Origin: Bacilli bacterium
GTDB taxonomy: Bacteria > Bacillota_I > Bacilli_A > RF39 > UBA660
Reading direction: 5' to 3'
Assembly (NCBI GenBank): GCA_017428485.1
Contig: JAFRQT010000026.1
Coordinates: forward strand, 8,699-72,698
DNA: 64,000 nt
Shown here: one piece after another, positions 48,100 through 58,037 of the stretch
How the letters are laid out: each line of letters begins with the position of its first letter
Position numbering within the stretch: the first letter of the stretch is position 1
Program-made: the position numbers and the translations under genes
The notes under the pieces: model-generated
Seen by the model: the letters and a program-made list of their open reading frames with translations, nothing else
Databases searched by the model: none
What the model was told of the DNA's origin: nothing

Positions 48100-48387
48100 A
48101 TGGAAATTACATCAGTAAAAATTCGTAAGGTTGAGAGAGAAAATTCTCGTATGAAAGGAATTGCATCTGTTGTTGTTGACAATGCTATTGCTATTCATGA
48201 TATCAGAATTATTGAAGGAGATAATGGTTTATTTATCGCAATGCCTAGTCGTAAAACTCCTGTTGGAGAATATAAAGACATTGCTCATCCAATCAACCAA
48301 GAAGTAAGAACTATGTTTGAAAAAGAAATTCTAGATGCTTATGATAAAGCAGAAGATGTTCAAACTTCAGAACCTGAAGAAGAATAA
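48100..48387 (+). CDS. spoVG: septation protein SpoVG
   Basis: [49 protein letters not shown] is highly conserved. Confidence 0.96.
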   Translation: MEITSVKIRKVERENSRMKGIASVVVDNAIAIHDIRIIEGDNGLFIAMPSRKTPVGEYKDIAHPINQEVRTMFEKEILDAYDKAEDVQTSEPEEE

Positions 48388-48397
48388 TTAGTAAATT

Positions 48398-48418
48398 AAG
48401 ACCTACATGGTCTTTTTT
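48398..48418 (+). terminator. rho-independent terminator after spoVG
   Basis: AAGACC-TACAT-GGTCTT followed by a T-run. Confidence 0.6.
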
Positions 48419-48490
48419 AATTATTAGTATTTAAATAGCTTATAAAATATTGTATAATGTATACAATGATATGATTATAGGAGAAATATT

Positions 48491-49381
48491 ATGATGGAAA
48501 ATGAAAATATTGCAAAATTACAGCATGAGTACGGTGATGAAATACAAAAAATATCACCTAGAATATATGCCAATAAAAAATTTAGAGAATTATTGGAAAA
48601 AGCAGCCAATTTAATGTATGAAGAATTCAATCCATCATATGTTAATCAAAATGGTCCAGTAACAAGAGGCGTTATGCATAGTAATGATTATTATTTTAGG
48701 GTTTCTGATGATGGTAATTCTATAAACTATGGTTATTCCCAATCTAATCCTAGCGCAATAAACAATGGATATACAGCTCAACATATTGCATATGGATTTG
48801 AAATATCATTAAATGATGAAGGTAATTTAGTTGTTACTTCTAAGGGTGGAAGTTTTGATGAAAAAATAGATAATAGTAATAAAGATCAAAATACGTATAT
48901 GGAATATACTGGAACAATATATGATAAGAATGGAAATATTATTAAGATTGTATCAATAGATAAGATAACCGCACTATCAGATGTTAATTTGAAAGAATTT
49001 ACAAATCAAGTTAATTATCATCACTGCCCTGACTTTGGTGATCAATTTAGACCATTAAATAGTTCGAAAGCTGGAGAATATGCTGCATCTTCAACAAAAA
49101 AATATAAATTTAGTTCTGTTGAAAGAAACATGTTAAATCCATCACTTGTTCATTATATTGATTCAGAGAGAACAGATGGTAGAGACTTTAGCACATTATA
49201 TTTTGGATATCCTGAATCTTTTTGGACAATACAAATAGACTCACAATTTCCTGATAGATTATATCACTACCCATCTATTCCAGAAGAATATAAAAAAGAT
49301 AGAATTACACAAGACTTACTAGATAGAGCAGCAGTAGTAGAAAGTGAAATATATAAGTCAACTGAAGAAAGGATACTATAA
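48491..49381 (+). CDS. hypothetical protein (296 aa), no recognised domain
   Basis: Clean ORF with a GGAG RBS, its own extended -10 (TGTATAAT 48451-48458) and its own terminator. No signal peptide or TM segment. Confidence 0.55.
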   Translation: MMENENIAKLQHEYGDEIQKISPRIYANKKFRELLEKAANLMYEEFNPSYVNQNGPVTRGVMHSNDYYFRVSDDGNSINYGYSQSNPSAINNGYTAQHIAYGFEISLNDEGNLVVTSKGGSFDEKIDNSNKDQNTYMEYTGTIYDKNGNIIKIVSIDKITALSDVNLKEFTNQVNYHHCPDFGDQFRPLNSSKAGEYAASSTKKYKFSSVERNMLNPSLVHYIDSERTDGRDFSTLYFGYPESFWTIQIDSQFPDRLYHYPSIPEEYKKDRITQDLLDRAAVVESEIYKSTEERIL

Positions 49382-49385
49382 TAAT

Positions 49386-49406
49386 AGACGTGAAAGCGTC
49401 TTTTTT
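49386..49406 (+). terminator. rho-independent terminator after the 296-aa gene
   Basis: AGACG-TGAAAG-CGTCT followed by T6. Confidence 0.55.
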
Positions 49407-49448
49407 CATATAATAATAAATCCTTCATATAATTAATTGGGTGAAAAA

Positions 49449-49745
49449 ATGGAAAAGACACAAAATTCAACAAATAGTATAGTTTTAAATCATAATATAA
49501 CAATAGCTGAAAGAAAAAATATAGTATTAACAGGAGTAAAGAAATTAAATAGTTTTGATGATACAGAATTCTTTATTGATTCAGTTATGGGTTCTATATT
49601 AATAAAAGGAGATAAGTTAGAACTATTAAATCTAGACACATATACAGGTAAATTGTCCATTAAAGGAAAAATGATATCACTTAGTTATTTAGATGACAAT
49701 AAAAAAATAAAAGCTGATAATATTATCTCAAGGCTATTTAAATAA
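49449..49745 (+). CDS. yabP: sporulation protein YabP
   Basis: HNITIAERKNIVLTGVKKLNSFDDTEFFIDSVMGSILIKG matches the YabP family pattern. ATG 49449 lies behind GGGTGA. Confidence 0.85.
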   Translation: MEKTQNSTNSIVLNHNITIAERKNIVLTGVKKLNSFDDTEFFIDSVMGSILIKGDKLELLNLDTYTGKLSIKGKMISLSYLDDNKKIKADNIISRLFK

Positions 49746-50038
49746 TGAGTCTAACTGAACAAGCAGTATCGATTCTATTTTCTTTTTTATATGGAATATT
49801 AATATATTTTGCATATAAAATATCATATAAGTATTTATATGCAAATAAAAAAATATATTCATTCTTTAACTCTTTATTATTTGTTGTTGATAGTACATTA
49901 GTTTATTTCATTATTATGTATAAAATCAATGAAGGAATAATTAATATATTATTTATTTTGATAACATTGATTACTTTTTTATTATTAAATTACTTTAATT
50001 TACAAAAAAAATGTAAAAATATGACTAATCGATTGTAA
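49745..50038 (+). CDS. yabQ: spore cortex biosynthesis protein YabQ
   Basis: Small multi-TM protein overlapping the yabP stop (ATAATG). The yabP-yabQ-divIC order is conserved. Confidence 0.62.
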   Translation: MSLTEQAVSILFSFLYGILIYFAYKISYKYLYANKKIYSFFNSLLFVVDSTLVYFIIMYKINEGIINILFILITLITFLLLNYFNLQKKCKNMTNRL

Positions 50039-50089
50039 ATAAAATACTTAGTAATATATAATTATATTAATAATAATATGGGGTAGAAT

Positions 50090-50380
50090 ATGAAAAAAAT
50101 GAGTCAAAAAACGAAATTTAGAGTGACATTTTTATCAATAGCATTTATAATATCTATTGTAGTTTTTGTGTCTACTGCTTTTTCATATTTTTCTCAAATT
50201 ATGAAAAATAATAAAGAAATAGAGAATTTAAAAAAAATATATAGTGAAAAATTAGTAGATGAAGAAAAATTAAAAGATGAAATAAACAAACTACAAGATC
50301 CTGAATATATGGCAAAATATGCAAGAGAAAAATACTTATATTCTAAGAACGGGGAAATAATAATAAAAATCGAAGAATAA
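50090..50380 (+). CDS. divIC: septum formation initiator DivIC/FtsB family
   Basis: One TM segment, a coiled coil, and the DPEYMAKYAREKYLYSKNGE block. Confidence 0.75.
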   Translation: MKKMSQKTKFRVTFLSIAFIISIVVFVSTAFSYFSQIMKNNKEIENLKKIYSEKLVDEEKLKDEINKLQDPEYMAKYAREKYLYSKNGEIIIKIEE

Positions 50381-50394
50381 TAGAAAGGCTTGAT

Positions 50395-51720
50395 ATGGAA
50401 GAGGTATATAGATTTATTAGTGATGAAATTAATCTTAAGACAGACGATATTGTGGTTGTAGGTGTATCTGGTGGACCAGATTCAATGGCTCTTTTATATA
50501 TATTAAATGAATTTAAAAAGAAAATAGGTTTTAAGATAGTTTGCGCTCATGTTAACCATAATAAAAGAGTGGAAAGTGAGCAAGAAAAAATAGATTTAGA
50601 GAAGTATTGTAAAGAAAACAATATTATTTTTGAGTATAAAAAAATTGAGTCATGGGGAGATGACAATTTTCACAATGAAGCAAGAAGCGTAAGATATAAC
50701 TTCTTTGAAGATTTAGTTGAGGGTTATTCTGCAAAATATTTAATGACAGCACATCAAGGTGATGATTTAATTGAAACAATATTAATGAGAATTGTAAGAG
50801 GTTCAACATTAAAAGGATATAGTGGATTTAGTAGAATAGTCGACAAAGGAGACTACAAAATTGTAAGACCATTAATCACTGTAACTAAAGATGAAATTAA
50901 TGAATTTAATAAAAAAAATAATATTAAGTATGCAATAGATTCTTCTAATAATGAAGATCATTACACTAGAAATAGGTATAGACATATAGTTTTGCCATTC
51001 TTAAAGAATGAAGAAAAAAATGTGCATAAAAAGTTCTTAAAGTTTAGTGAAACGTTATTAGAAAATAATAATTATATTGATAATGAAGCTAGAAAAGTGT
51101 TTAATAAAGTGTTTCAGGATGGATCGCTATTTATTGATAAATTTATTCAGCTTGATAATGTAATTCAAACTAAAATAATATATAGTATTTTAGAAAAAAT
51201 ATATGGTGATGATTTACTTATTATTGGAGATGCGCATGTTGATTTAATATTTGGATTAATCAATTCAAATAAATCTAATAGTATTGTCCATTTACCTAAT
51301 AATGTTATTGTTATTAAATCATATAATGAATTAATATTCTCTTATGATGAAGAAGAATATGGTTCATATGAAATAGAAATAAATAAACTGGTTAATTTAC
51401 CAAATGGTAAAATAATCGAAGAAATAGATGATATTAATGACACTTCTAATTTTACAATTAGACTAAATAGTAAAGAATTAAATATGCCTTTATATGTAAG
51501 AAATAGAAAAGATGGAGACAAAATAATAATAAAAGGTATGAGTGGGCATAAAAAGGTAAGCGAAATATTTATTAATGAAAAAATAAAAATCAGCGATAGA
51601 AAGTTATGGCCAATAGTATTAGATTCAAAAGATAACATTGTATGGATACCTGGTGTTAAAAAATCAAAGTTTGACAAAACAGGTGGCAAAGAGTATGATA
51701 TTATCTTAAGATATTATTAA
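50395..51720 (+). CDS. tilS: tRNA(Ile)-lysidine synthase
   Basis: PP-loop VGVSGGPDS and a TilS C-terminal domain (RNRKDGDKI..G..KKV). Confidence 0.9.
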   Translation: MEEVYRFISDEINLKTDDIVVVGVSGGPDSMALLYILNEFKKKIGFKIVCAHVNHNKRVESEQEKIDLEKYCKENNIIFEYKKIESWGDDNFHNEARSVRYNFFEDLVEGYSAKYLMTAHQGDDLIETILMRIVRGSTLKGYSGFSRIVDKGDYKIVRPLITVTKDEINEFNKKNNIKYAIDSSNNEDHYTRNRYRHIVLPFLKNEEKNVHKKFLKFSETLLENNNYIDNEARKVFNKVFQDGSLFIDKFIQLDNVIQTKIIYSILEKIYGDDLLIIGDAHVDLIFGLINSNKSNSIVHLPNNVIVIKSYNELIFSYDEEEYGSYEIEINKLVNLPNGKIIEEIDDINDTSNFTIRLNSKELNMPLYVRNRKDGDKIIIKGMSGHKKVSEIFINEKIKISDRKLWPIVLDSKDNIVWIPGVKKSKFDKTGGKEYDIILRYY

Positions 51721-51736
51721 TGAAAGGAAGACGATT

Positions 51737-53653
51737 ATGAATATAAAAAAACCTAAAAAAACAATGAATTTTTTACCTTATATACTGCTATTTGTGGTTA
51801 TTTTTGGTTCTTATTTCTATGTCAATAGGTTAAGTTCTAAAATAAATAATATTGATTATAATAAATTAACTATTGAATTAGAAAGTAATAATGTTAAAGA
51901 ATTAAATGTAACTCCAAAGAATAGTTCTGGTATTTATGTAATTACTGGTAAACTTAATTCATATGCAAAGAATGAATCATTTAAATTAAGTGTACCACTA
52001 ACTGATACTTTAATATCTTCAATATATGATAAAGCAAAAGAAAACAATTTAGAAGTTACAACTAATAGTAATCCTGAAAATAGTCTATGGTTGAACATTT
52101 TAATAAATGTAGTTCCAATTTTAATGATAGGTGGGTTATTATATTATACTTTTGTTAAACTAGGAAGTAATGGAAAAGGTACTTTTGATTTTGGAAAAAG
52201 TAGAGCTAAACTTTCTGAAGAAGGTGGAACAAAAACATTTAAAGATGTTGCTGGACTTGTTGAAGAAAAAGAAGAAGTACAAGAATTAATAGATTTTTTA
52301 AGAAATCCTAAAAAGTTTACTAAAATGGGAGCAAGAATCCCAAAAGGAGTACTACTTGTTGGTCCTCCTGGAACAGGAAAAACATTACTTGCTAAAGCAG
52401 TTGCTGGTGAAGCAAAAGTTCCATTCTTCTATATTAGTGGTTCTGATTTTGTAGAACTATTTGTAGGAGTTGGAGCATCTCGTGTAAGAGATATGTTTAA
52501 ACAAGCAAAACAAACAGCACCATGTTTAATATTTATTGATGAAATTGATGCAGTAGGACGTGAAAGAGGTACTGGTTTAGGTGGAGGACATGATGAAAGA
52601 GAACAAACACTAAATCAACTGCTATCTGAAATGGATGGATTTGGTGAAAATGAAGGAATTATCATTATTGCAGCAACTAACAGACCTGATGTACTTGATC
52701 CTGCATTACTTCGTCCAGGAAGATTTGATAGACAAGTTACTGTTGATCTTCCAGATGTAAGAGAAAGAGAAGCAATATTAAAAGTACATGCTAAAAACAA
52801 GATATTAGCTCCTTCTGTAAAACTTGAATATTTAGCAAAAAGAACCCCAGGATTTAGCGGAGCTGGGTTAGAAAACTTACTTAATGAAGCTGCATTGCTT
52901 GCTGTTAGAAGAAATAAAAGTGCAATTACTATGAGCGAAATAGATGAAGCAACTGATAGAGTTATAGCAGGACCTGCTAAAATATCAAGAAAATATACGG
53001 ATCGTGAAAAGAAGGTTGTTGCATACCATGAAGCTGGACATGCAGTAATTGGAATTAAACTATCACATGCCGATATAGTTCAAAAGATTACTATAATACC
53101 TAGGGGTAATGCTGGTGGTTATAACCTAATGATGCCAAGCGAGGAAACATATCTTTCTACTAAAACTGAATTATTAGAAAGAATAACTGGTTTACTTGGA
53201 GGAAGAACTTCTGAAGAATTAGAATTCAATGAGGTAACTACTGGTGCTCATAATGATTTTGAAAAAGCTACTAAGATTGCAAGAGCAATGGTAACCGAAT
53301 ATGGTATGAGTAATCTAGGACTTGTTCAATTAGAGCAACAAGAAGGTGGAGTGTTCCTTGGAAGAGATTACAATAAATCTCGTAATTTTTCTAATGAAAT
53401 GGCCCATGAAATAGATGAAGAAGTACGAAAAATTATGGATGACTGCCATAAAAAAGCAAAAGAAATATTAACTAAAAATAAAAATCTGGTTAAATTAATT
53501 GCAGATGCACTTCTTGAATATGAAACTCTTACTAAAGAAGAAATTGATTCTTTAGTTGAAACAGGACATATGCCTGAAGAAGACAATTCAAAGAAAGAGG
53601 AAGTTGAAACTAAAAAAACTTCTAAGAAAGAAGAAGTAAAAGAAAATGAATAG
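51737..53653 (+). CDS. ftsH: ATP-dependent zinc metalloprotease FtsH
   Basis: Walker [12 protein letters not shown] region and HEAGHA zinc motif. Confidence 0.97.
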   Translation: MNIKKPKKTMNFLPYILLFVVIFGSYFYVNRLSSKINNIDYNKLTIELESNNVKELNVTPKNSSGIYVITGKLNSYAKNESFKLSVPLTDTLISSIYDKAKENNLEVTTNSNPENSLWLNILINVVPILMIGGLLYYTFVKLGSNGKGTFDFGKSRAKLSEEGGTKTFKDVAGLVEEKEEVQELIDFLRNPKKFTKMGARIPKGVLLVGPPGTGKTLLAKAVAGEAKVPFFYISGSDFVELFVGVGASRVRDMFKQAKQTAPCLIFIDEIDAVGRERGTGLGGGHDEREQTLNQLLSEMDGFGENEGIIIIAATNRPDVLDPALLRPGRFDRQVTVDLPDVREREAILKVHAKNKILAPSVKLEYLAKRTPGFSGAGLENLLNEAALLAVRRNKSAITMSEIDEATDRVIAGPAKISRKYTDREKKVVAYHEAGHAVIGIKLSHADIVQKITIIPRGNAGGYNLMMPSEETYLSTKTELLERITGLLGGRTSEELEFNEVTTGAHNDFEKATKIARAMVTEYGMSNLGLVQLEQQEGGVFLGRDYNKSRNFSNEMAHEIDEEVRKIMDDCHKKAKEILTKNKNLVKLIADALLEYETLTKEEIDSLVETGHMPEEDNSKKEEVETKKTSKKEEVKENE

Positions 53654-53684
53654 AAGATTGCATTTTTTACAATCTTCTTTTATT
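53652..53684 (+). terminator. rho-independent terminator after ftsH
   Basis: 9-bp arms AGAAGATTG / CAATCTTCT followed by a T-rich tail. Confidence 0.6.
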
Positions 53685-53707
53685 ATATAGTTATAAGGAA
53701 GGTATAT

Positions 53708-54604
53708 ATGAAAGATAAAACATTATTAATACTAGCTGCTGGTATGGGAAGCAGATTTGGCGGACTTAAACAAGCAGAAAAATTTGGACCAAATGGGGAA
53801 TATATTATTGATTATTCAATATATGATGCGATAAGATGTGGGTTTAATAAAGTAGTATTTATTATTAAAGAAGAAAATTATGACTTGTTTAGGGAAACCG
53901 TTGGTAAAAGAATAGAGGGACATATTAAAGTTGAATATGTATTTCAAAATAATGATAATGTTCCTGAAAAGTATAAAATTCCAGAAGATAGAATTAAACC
54001 ATTAGGAACTGCTCATGCTGTATTGTGTGCAAAGAATGCAGTTAATGAACCATTTGTAATGATTAATTCAGATGATTTTTATGGATATGATGCGTTTAAA
54101 GTTGCAAGTGAGTACTTAGATAATGGTAATGAAAATAGTATTGCTATAGTTGGATATAATGTAGAAAATACTATTACTGAAACTGGTGCTGTAAAAAGAG
54201 GCATTATGAAAGAACTAAATGGAAAATTACTTGAAATAGTTGAAAGTAGTATAGAAAAACAAAATGATAAAATATATGCTACTCCTCTTGGAACAACAAA
54301 TATTAAAGAAATAAGTAAAGATACAAAAGTTTCAATGAATATGATAACTTTCTTGCCAGATATTTTTGGATTCATAGAGAAAAACTTTGAAGGATTTTTA
54401 AAAAATAGTAATTTAGAAAAAGATGAATATTTAATTCCTAATATAGTAATGAAAGCGGTTGATAGTAATTATTGTCCTGTAAAAGTACTTAATACAACTG
54501 CTAAATGGGTGGGAGTAACATATAAAGAAGATAAACAAAGTGTTACTGATTATATTAATATGTTAATTGAAAAAGGCGAATATAAGAGCAACCTATGGAA
54601 TTGA
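53708..54604 (+). CDS. sugar-phosphate nucleotidyltransferase family protein (specificity unknown)
   Basis: N-terminal LILAAGMGSRFGG signature of the NTP_transferase fold. Confidence 0.7.
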   Translation: MKDKTLLILAAGMGSRFGGLKQAEKFGPNGEYIIDYSIYDAIRCGFNKVVFIIKEENYDLFRETVGKRIEGHIKVEYVFQNNDNVPEKYKIPEDRIKPLGTAHAVLCAKNAVNEPFVMINSDDFYGYDAFKVASEYLDNGNENSIAIVGYNVENTITETGAVKRGIMKELNGKLLEIVESSIEKQNDKIYATPLGTTNIKEISKDTKVSMNMITFLPDIFGFIEKNFEGFLKNSNLEKDEYLIPNIVMKAVDSNYCPVKVLNTTAKWVGVTYKEDKQSVTDYINMLIEKGEYKSNLWN

Positions 54605-54667
54605 CAAATATTATTATAATAGTATAATATGACTTTGCTAAATTAATTAGAGAAAAGAGGTTGGCAT

Positions 54668-55213
54668 ATGATACTTTTTATTGATACACATGATGAATTA
54701 ATTACAATAGCTATTAAGAATAATGATAAATTATATGTAAAAACTAAATTGAGTGAATATAGTCATTCAGTTTTTACTATGCCAATGATTGAAGAATTAT
54801 TTGATGAAAATAAATTAGATATAAAAGATTTAAAAAAGATAATTGTTGTTAACGGACCAGGAAGTTTTACAGGTATAAGAATTGGACTTTCTATTGCTAA
54901 AACAATGGCATATGCTTTAAATATAGAAATAAATACAATATCAAGCTTAACGGCTTATTTAATAAGTAGTGATTTAGAATGTGATAGAATGGCTGTTATA
55001 GAAGATAATAAAGGCTATTATATATCTGTTTTTGATAGTAATAATAAAAGTATTGTTGAGGAACAATACGTAACAGAAAATAATTATAATTATGCTGAAG
55101 TAGAGAAAAAACTAAATATTAATAAAATAATAGATTATTGCGAAAATTTACCATCAGAAAATCCACATCATATTAAAGCAAATTATATTAAGAAAATTGA
55201 GGTGGAAAAATAA
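54668..55213 (+). CDS. tsaB: tRNA t6A37 biosynthesis protein TsaB
   Basis: YeaZ-type N-terminus MILFIDT.. and the GPGSFTGIRIG motif. Confidence 0.85.
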   Translation: MILFIDTHDELITIAIKNNDKLYVKTKLSEYSHSVFTMPMIEELFDENKLDIKDLKKIIVVNGPGSFTGIRIGLSIAKTMAYALNIEINTISSLTAYLISSDLECDRMAVIEDNKGYYISVFDSNNKSIVEEQYVTENNYNYAEVEKKLNINKIIDYCENLPSENPHHIKANYIKKIEVEK

Positions 55214-55545
55214 TGATAGAAAAAGAAATATTAAGTGATACTGATTCAATTTATAATTATATGGATAATGATATGGTGGTTGGTTATTTAGAAATAAGGC
55301 TTGTAGATGGTGTTTTAGATATAATGAACTTATTTGTTAATGAAGAAAATAGACATCAAGGAATTGCTACTAAATTAATGAATGAAATGTTTGAAAAAGA
55401 AAAATATAATAGAATAATGCTTGAAGTTAATGAAAATAATAGTAATGCTTTGAAACTATACCAAAAACTAGGATTTAAAGAAATAAGTTTCAGGGATAGA
55501 TATTATGGTGATGATACTGCGATTATTATGGAGAAGGTGAAATAA
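55213..55545 (+). CDS. rimI: short GNAT acetyltransferase (RimI position)
   Basis: Acetyl-CoA motif RHQGIATKLM. Lies between tsaB and tsaD. Only 110 aa. Confidence 0.62.
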   Translation: MIEKEILSDTDSIYNYMDNDMVVGYLEIRLVDGVLDIMNLFVNEENRHQGIATKLMNEMFEKEKYNRIMLEVNENNSNALKLYQKLGFKEISFRDRYYGDDTAIIMEKVK

Positions 55546-56555
55546 TGAAAGATGTATACATTTTAGCTATTGAGTCTTCTTGTGATGAAACTAGTGTTAG
55601 CATCATAAAAAATGGACACGATGATATAGCAACAATCATTAATTCACAAATAGATGTACACACTAAATATGGTGGTGTGGTGCCAGAAGTTGCCAGTAGA
55701 TTACATTTGGAAAACATAACTATGGTAATAGATGAGTGCTTGGAAAAAGCAAATATGAAATTAGAAGATATGGATGCGTTTGCATGTACATATGCTCCAG
55801 GTCTTCTTGGTAGTTTATTAGTTGGTGTAGAAGCTACTAAAGTACTTTCATTTATTTATAAAAAACCATTTATAGCGGTAAATCATATGATGGGACATAT
55901 ATGTGCTAATATGATTGGAAATGATTTAAAATATCCACTTTTATCATTAATAGTATCCGGAGGACATACAGATTTAATATTAATGGAGAGTGAAACTAAA
56001 TTTAATTACTTGGGTCAAACATTAGATGATGCAATAGGTGAAGCATATGATAAGGTTGCCAGAATATTAGATTTACCTTATCCAGGTGGCCCAAATGTTG
56101 AAAAATATGCATCAATGGGAAAGCCAACATATAACATGCCTCAGATTTTAAATGATGACTCGTTTAATTTTAGTTTTAGTGGAATAAAAAGTCATGTTAA
56201 TAATTTGGCTCATAATGCTGAACAAAGAAAAGAAGAAATAAATAAATATAATCTTGCTTGTTCATTTCAAAACTGTGTTACTAATCACTTAGTTGATAAA
56301 ACAAAAAAAGCGTTATTAAAATATGATCTTAAAACGCTATTAATAAGTGGCGGTGTTGCAAGTAACTCATTTATTAGAAACTCATTAAAAGAGATGTGTG
56401 ATTCAATAAATGTAACAATGCATATGCCTGATAAAAAATATTGTACAGATAATGCTGCAATGATCGGAGCAGCAGCTTACATCTTATATAAGAATAAGCA
56501 ATTCTCTAAGTTAGATGTAAATGCAAAAAGTAATGTTCAATTAAAAAGTATGTAA
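55545..56555 (+). CDS. tsaD: tRNA N6-adenosine threonylcarbamoyltransferase TsaD
   Basis: ILAIESSCDETS, HMMGHI, and SGGHT blocks. Confidence 0.95.
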   Translation: MKDVYILAIESSCDETSVSIIKNGHDDIATIINSQIDVHTKYGGVVPEVASRLHLENITMVIDECLEKANMKLEDMDAFACTYAPGLLGSLLVGVEATKVLSFIYKKPFIAVNHMMGHICANMIGNDLKYPLLSLIVSGGHTDLILMESETKFNYLGQTLDDAIGEAYDKVARILDLPYPGGPNVEKYASMGKPTYNMPQILNDDSFNFSFSGIKSHVNNLAHNAEQRKEEINKYNLACSFQNCVTNHLVDKTKKALLKYDLKTLLISGGVASNSFIRNSLKEMCDSINVTMHMPDKKYCTDNAAMIGAAAYILYKNKQFSKLDVNAKSNVQLKSM

Positions 56556-56588
56556 AAAAAATAAGATTTATTTAAATCTTATTTTTTT
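56554..56588. terminator. bidirectional hairpin terminator between tsaD and the convergent membrane-protein gene
   Basis: TAAGATTT-ATTT-AAATCTTA flanked by an A-run and a T-run. Confidence 0.5.
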
Positions 56589-56989
56589 GATTTATTATTT
56601 AGTTCAACTACATTTTCATGAATTGATAAAATAACTAATGAAAATTCATACATGATTCTTAATCCTAAATTACCAAGAATTAATAATCCAAAGAATGCAA
56701 GTGGACTAGTTATTAATGCAAATGAGAATAATGTAATGAATATAGCAGTAATCATATAAGTAATTTTTAAAATTGTTGCTGCAAACATCTTTTTGAACTT
56801 AACAAAATCATATAACCAAGCCATGAAACCTTTGTATTTACCTTCATTCTTTTTACTGAAAACAGTAAAGTATAAGCAAATACCTCCGATAATAGCAATA
56901 ACTAGTGCAATTATCATCCAAATTGCTGCTCCACCACTAATTGATGAGCTTGGTGCATTATAACCTGTTGTCATACCATAATAATTCAT
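56579..56989 (-). CDS. hypothetical integral membrane protein
   Basis: 136 aa with three or four hydrophobic segments. No catalytic motif. Confidence 0.5.
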   Translation of the reverse strand: MNYYGMTTGYNAPSSSISGGAAIWMIIALVIAIIGGICLYFTVFSKKNEGKYKGFMAWLYDFVKFKKMFAATILKITYMITAIFITLFSFALITSPLAFFGLLILGNLGLRIMYEFSLVILSIHENVVELNNKSKK

Positions 56990-57043
56990 ACGTATACCTC
57001 CTAAAAATATAATAACACAAAATATATTATATGTGTATATTTT

Positions 57044-57913
57044 TTATAAATAATTTTCATCTATTCCAATTATTTCTTTTATTATATATGTTTGGTTTGA
57101 CTTTATTATGCACAGTGATTTGGTCAAATAGTTGCATAATACGCCTATAACTATAAAATTAATTCCACTATTTAGTAATAATATAAATATTAATAATGAT
57201 ATTTTATTAAGTGAGAATATAAACATATATATCATATAAAAGATTGAGATAGTAGTTAAAATGTATCCAAAAATAGTTACAAATTTCGATGGTCTATCTG
57301 AATATCTAAATATATAATTTGTCAAACTATCTTTATTAGTTTCACCCATATATGTATTATCATAATATATATTAAAACCTATTTTGCTAAATATAGCATT
57401 AGAGTAACCATATTTATTAGATAAATCCATTATTCCTGTTAACATATTTTTTCTAAACATCTTTAATGTTGATAATTCATCAAGATTATTAATATCAGTA
57501 TTTCTTTTTGTATATTTAATTGCTATCTTTCTGAAAATATTGTTTTTTACGTTTTTATTACAATTGCATACGCAATCATAATCTTTATTTTCATTTAAAA
57601 ATTTATACATTTTTAATACATGAGATAGATTATCTTCAATATTCATTACACATATAAGATCACTCTTAGTATATTTTAGCCCAATGTGAATCAAATCATT
57701 TTCGGTGTAGGATTTTGACAAACTAATTATCTTAATATGATCGTCATCACTTTTATAAATTTTTCTTAAGGCGTTTAAAGAATCATCTGTTGATGAATTA
57801 TCCACAAAAATAAAATTATATTTAATATTTTTAAGTATTTCTTTTACATCATCATAGAATTTATTTATTTGTTTTTCATTATTATTAATTGGTATAATTA
57901 TATCTAATTTCAT
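57044..57913 (-). CDS. family 2 glycosyltransferase with C-terminal TM segments (polyprenol-phosphate GT-like)
   Basis: N-terminal IIIPINNNE..VDNSSTDDS GT-A pattern and two C-terminal TM helices. Confidence 0.78.
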   Translation of the reverse strand: MKLDIIIPINNNEKQINKFYDDVKEILKNIKYNFIFVDNSSTDDSLNALRKIYKSDDDHIKIISLSKSYTENDLIHIGLKYTKSDLICVMNIEDNLSHVLKMYKFLNENKDYDCVCNCNKNVKNNIFRKIAIKYTKRNTDINNLDELSTLKMFRKNMLTGIMDLSNKYGYSNAIFSKIGFNIYYDNTYMGETNKDSLTNYIFRYSDRPSKFVTIFGYILTTISIFYMIYMFIFSLNKISLLIFILLLNSGINFIVIGVLCNYLTKSLCIIKSNQTYIIKEIIGIDENYL

Positions 57914-58037
57914 TTACTACTCCTAATATTTTGAACGTACTAAATAAATTGTATCATTATTTTAATATAAATAAAATAACTAACTTGTATTTTTTATACT
58001 TAATAGTTATAATTATTATGATAATAGGGGTGAAAAA

